This document shows positions 60,003 through 61,933 of a DNA stretch of 61,933 nt, piece by piece; position 1 is the stretch's first letter; each line of letters begins with the position of its first letter. The stretch is taken from contig JAFGPR010000277.1 in NCBI GenBank assembly GCA_016936095.1, forward strand, positions 1 to 61,933, written 5' to 3'. A program made the translations under genes and the position numbers. The DNA is from Ignavibacteriales bacterium. GTDB taxonomy: Bacteria > Bacteroidota > Ignavibacteria > Ignavibacteriales > Melioribacteraceae. The notes beneath the pieces were generated by a model. The model saw only the letters and a list, made by a program, of their open reading frames with translations. It made no database searches and was not told the origin of the DNA.

Positions 60003-60998
60003 TTGAAAGATATCAAAGCAAATCCAAATGATATTGAATTGGTTGAAAAATTCAATGAAACTATCAAATTAATTAAATCTGAAATTGGCAAAGTTATTAT
60101 CGGTCAAAATGATATCATTGAAAATTTACTAATTAGCTTATTTTCAAAAGGACATTGCTTATTAATTGGAGTCCCCGGTTTAGCAAAGACTTTATTGATA
60201 AAAACATTGGCTGAAGTATTAGACCTAAAATTTAGTCGAATACAATTTACACCTGATTTAATGCCTGGAGATATAACGGGAACAGAAATTATTGATGAGG
60301 AACAAATTTCAAAAAAGCGTTCTTTCAGATTTATTAAAGGACCTATCTTTGCAAATATAATTTTGGCTGATGAAATTAATCGAACTCCTCCCAAAACACA
60401 GTCTGCTTTGCTAGAAGCGATGCAGGAATATAAAGTTACCGCAGCTGGAACAACTTACGATTTAATTGAACCATTTTTTGTATTAGCAACACAAAATCCG
60501 ATTGAACAAGAGGGAACATACCCATTACCTGAAGCACAGCTTGATAGATTTATGTTTAATCTTTGGCTTGATTATCCTTCTTTTAATGAAGAAGTTGAGA
60601 TTATTAAAACAACCACAAGTAATTATCTACCAAAATTAAATAAAGTTATTTCATCAGAAGAAATAATTAAATTTCAGGATTTAGTTAGACGTGTTCCGGT
60701 TGCTGATAATGTAATTCAATATGTTGTAAAAATCGTTAATGCAACTCGCCCTCTTAACGGTGATTCAGCTAATTTTATAAAAGAATGGGTTAGCTGGGGT
60801 GCTGGTCCCCGTGCAGCTCAATACCTTATCCTTGCATCAAAAACCAAAGCAATTTTTGAAGGAAGATTTACACCAAATATTGATGATGTAAAAAATTTTA
60901 TGATACCGGTATTACGGCATCGGATAATACCAAGTTTCAACGCAGAAGCTGAAAGTATTTCTTCTGTTGATATCATAAATAAGGTTGTAAATAATTAG
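60003..60998 (+). CDS. MoxR-family AAA+ ATPase
   Basis: TTG start. Walker A GVPGLAKT, Walker B ILADEINR, and ATQNPIEQEGTYPLPEAQLDRF. Confidence 0.9.
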   Translation: MKDIKANPNDIELVEKFNETIKLIKSEIGKVIIGQNDIIENLLISLFSKGHCLLIGVPGLAKTLLIKTLAEVLDLKFSRIQFTPDLMPGDITGTEIIDEEQISKKRSFRFIKGPIFANIILADEINRTPPKTQSALLEAMQEYKVTAAGTTYDLIEPFFVLATQNPIEQEGTYPLPEAQLDRFMFNLWLDYPSFNEEVEIIKTTTSNYLPKLNKVISSEEIIKFQDLVRRVPVADNVIQYVVKIVNATRPLNGDSANFIKEWVSWGAGPRAAQYLILASKTKAIFEGRFTPNIDDVKNFMIPVLRHRIIPSFNAEAESISSVDIINKVVNN

Positions 60999-61014
60999 TT
61001 TTTGATATTTAATG

Positions 61015-61933
61015 TTACTTTAAGAGAATCATTTTATCTGATTTCAATGAAGTTATTCCGACACAATTAGTAAACTTAACTCTATAAATATAACATCCTG
61101 CGCTGATCGTTTCCTCAAATTGATTCTTACCATTCCATTCTATTTGATATTGTCCGGAAACAGAATAGTTCTTCTCAATAGATTTAACTAAAGTTCCCAT
61201 AGGAGAAAATATTTCTAAAATTATATTGCCAGGTTCATTTAAATTAAAACAAATTTTTGTACTTGGATTGAATGGATTTGGATAATTTGATAAAAGAGTA
61301 AAATTCTCCGGTTTAGTTTTATCATCATAGTTAACAGAAGTTGTACTAATGAATTTATCTTCAATCAGATTCCATAACTCTTGTCGACTTCCGTCATAAC
61401 ATAATGCCCACATTCCAACACCAAGTAAATTTTTATTAATTGCTAAATCATATTTTAATCCTAAGCTTGAGTCATTATCATACCACACTTGATGCCACTC
61501 GCCATCATTCCACCTATACCATGAGTTATTATATTTTGTTGACCATTGTATTCCATAAGTCTGAATATTTACTTCGTCATTTCTAAATCTGGTTGAACTA
61601 ATTGATTCAGTAATTGTTGCGCCTTCATCTGGTGAGGCAGTTTTCCAATGATAACCATAATAGGGGAGTCCTAATATTAGTTTCTCTGGTTTTGTATTCG
61701 TTACAGCAACATATTGAGTTTCTATGGTATTTGTTATACAAAATGTTGCTCCTTTTAATGGAGAATTAGGAGCAGTATTTTTTGACCAACTGCCATTAAA
61801 AGCATATCCCATAATAAATATATAATCACAACTATTAGCCAAACCGAGTAAATCCCAGTCTTGTCCCCAATTAACTGCTGGACCCGCAAAAGAAACTTCA
61901 CTATAGGGAAATGCTTTATGGATCGAATCAGTG
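61015..61933 (-). CDS. GH18-like (chitinase-fold) protein with T9SS-type C-terminal sorting domain; N-terminus beyond the right window edge
   Basis: - Own translation shows the frame stays open upstream of the track start (61842) to the window edge: ...TDSIHKAFPYSEVSFAGPAVNWGQDWDLLGLANSCDYIFIMGYAF.
- GH18-type strands DYIFIMGYAFNGSW and GVGMWALCYDG.
- Tail YPNPFNPSTKICFNL...GCYIYRVKF... looks like a Por secretion tail. Confidence 0.7.
   Translation of the reverse strand, partial: TDSIHKAFPYSEVSFAGPAVNWGQDWDLLGLANSCDYIFIMGYAFNGSWSKNTAPNSPLKGATFCITNTIETQYVAVTNTKPEKLILGLPYYGYHWKTASPDEGATITESISSTRFRNDEVNIQTYGIQWSTKYNNSWYRWNDGEWHQVWYDNDSSLGLKYDLAINKNLLGVGMWALCYDGSRQELWNLIEDKFISTTSVNYDDKTKPENFTLLSNYPNPFNPSTKICFNLNEPGNIILEIFSPMGTLVKSIEKNYSVSGQYQIEWNGKNQFEETISAGCYIYRVKFTNCVGITSLKSDKMILLK

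Noticed and set aside
1-61933. The remaining 60-125-aa track ORFs nested antisense or out of frame in longer genes. Examples: 3428..3784, 5910..6092, 6984..7247, 7440..7817, 7896..8177, 9933..10202, 11489..11776, 15309..15533, 17144..17452, 19020..19319, 27142..27578, 33724..34035, 37126..37329, 39619..39852, 44950..45602, 46817..47017, 48434..48640, 54681..54905, 57834..58088, 60104..60394.
   Set aside because: Each is fully contained in, or largely overlaps, a longer ORF with recognisable conserved motifs. None has a motif of its own.
1-61933. Search for CRISPR arrays, tRNA/rRNA genes, transposases, integrases and toxin-antitoxin or other defence genes
   Set aside because: Intergenic regions are short (at most about 235 nt) and AT-rich, with no regularly spaced repeats or GC-rich structured RNA-like segments. 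No ORF shows nuclease, recombinase or transposase motifs. A covariance-model scan (tRNAscan, Rfam) would be needed to exclude small ncRNAs fully.

Overview
This is a 61.9-kb, low-GC (about one third G+C by eye) chromosomal segment from a diderm bacterium. It carries T9SS-type C-terminal sorting domains, a PorV-like barrel, LptF/G, SurA-type chaperones and an atp operon without atpD/atpC. Together these point to the FCB group. An Ignavibacteria-like organism is my best guess, but that is inference only.

Most of the window is core housekeeping: typA (partial), alr, pyrK-pyrD, folC, dut, dnaE, trxA, the F-type ATPase genes (atpZ-like, atpI-like, atpBEFHAG), ffh-rpsP-KH-rimM-trmD-rplS, lptF/G, three SurA/PpiD-type chaperones and moxR. 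Bases 1962-44048 form an uninterrupted run of 38 plus-strand genes. A 7-gene minus-strand operon (add-hyp-hutU-mgsA-lipoprotein-rlpA-serA-like) follows.

I saw no rRNA, tRNA, CRISPR array, transposase/integrase or recognisable defence genes.

The one accessory-looking block lies at about 18.9-31.0 kb. It encodes:
- a TonB-dependent-type outer-membrane barrel;
- two paralogous giant secreted proteins of unknown function with T9SS sorting tails;
- a PorV-like barrel between the two paralogs;
- a GWxTD-like protein, followed with almost no gap by two LPS genes.

This block is my best candidate for an undescribed outer-membrane or surface system. The proposal rests on domain recognition by eye and on gene order, not on database searches.

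Smaller oddities:
- an unlisted AtpZ-like small ORF with no canonical start codon;
- an M23 peptidase-bactofilin pair;
- an N-terminally extended RpiB;
- an orphan hutU in a mixed operon;
- an orphan moxR.
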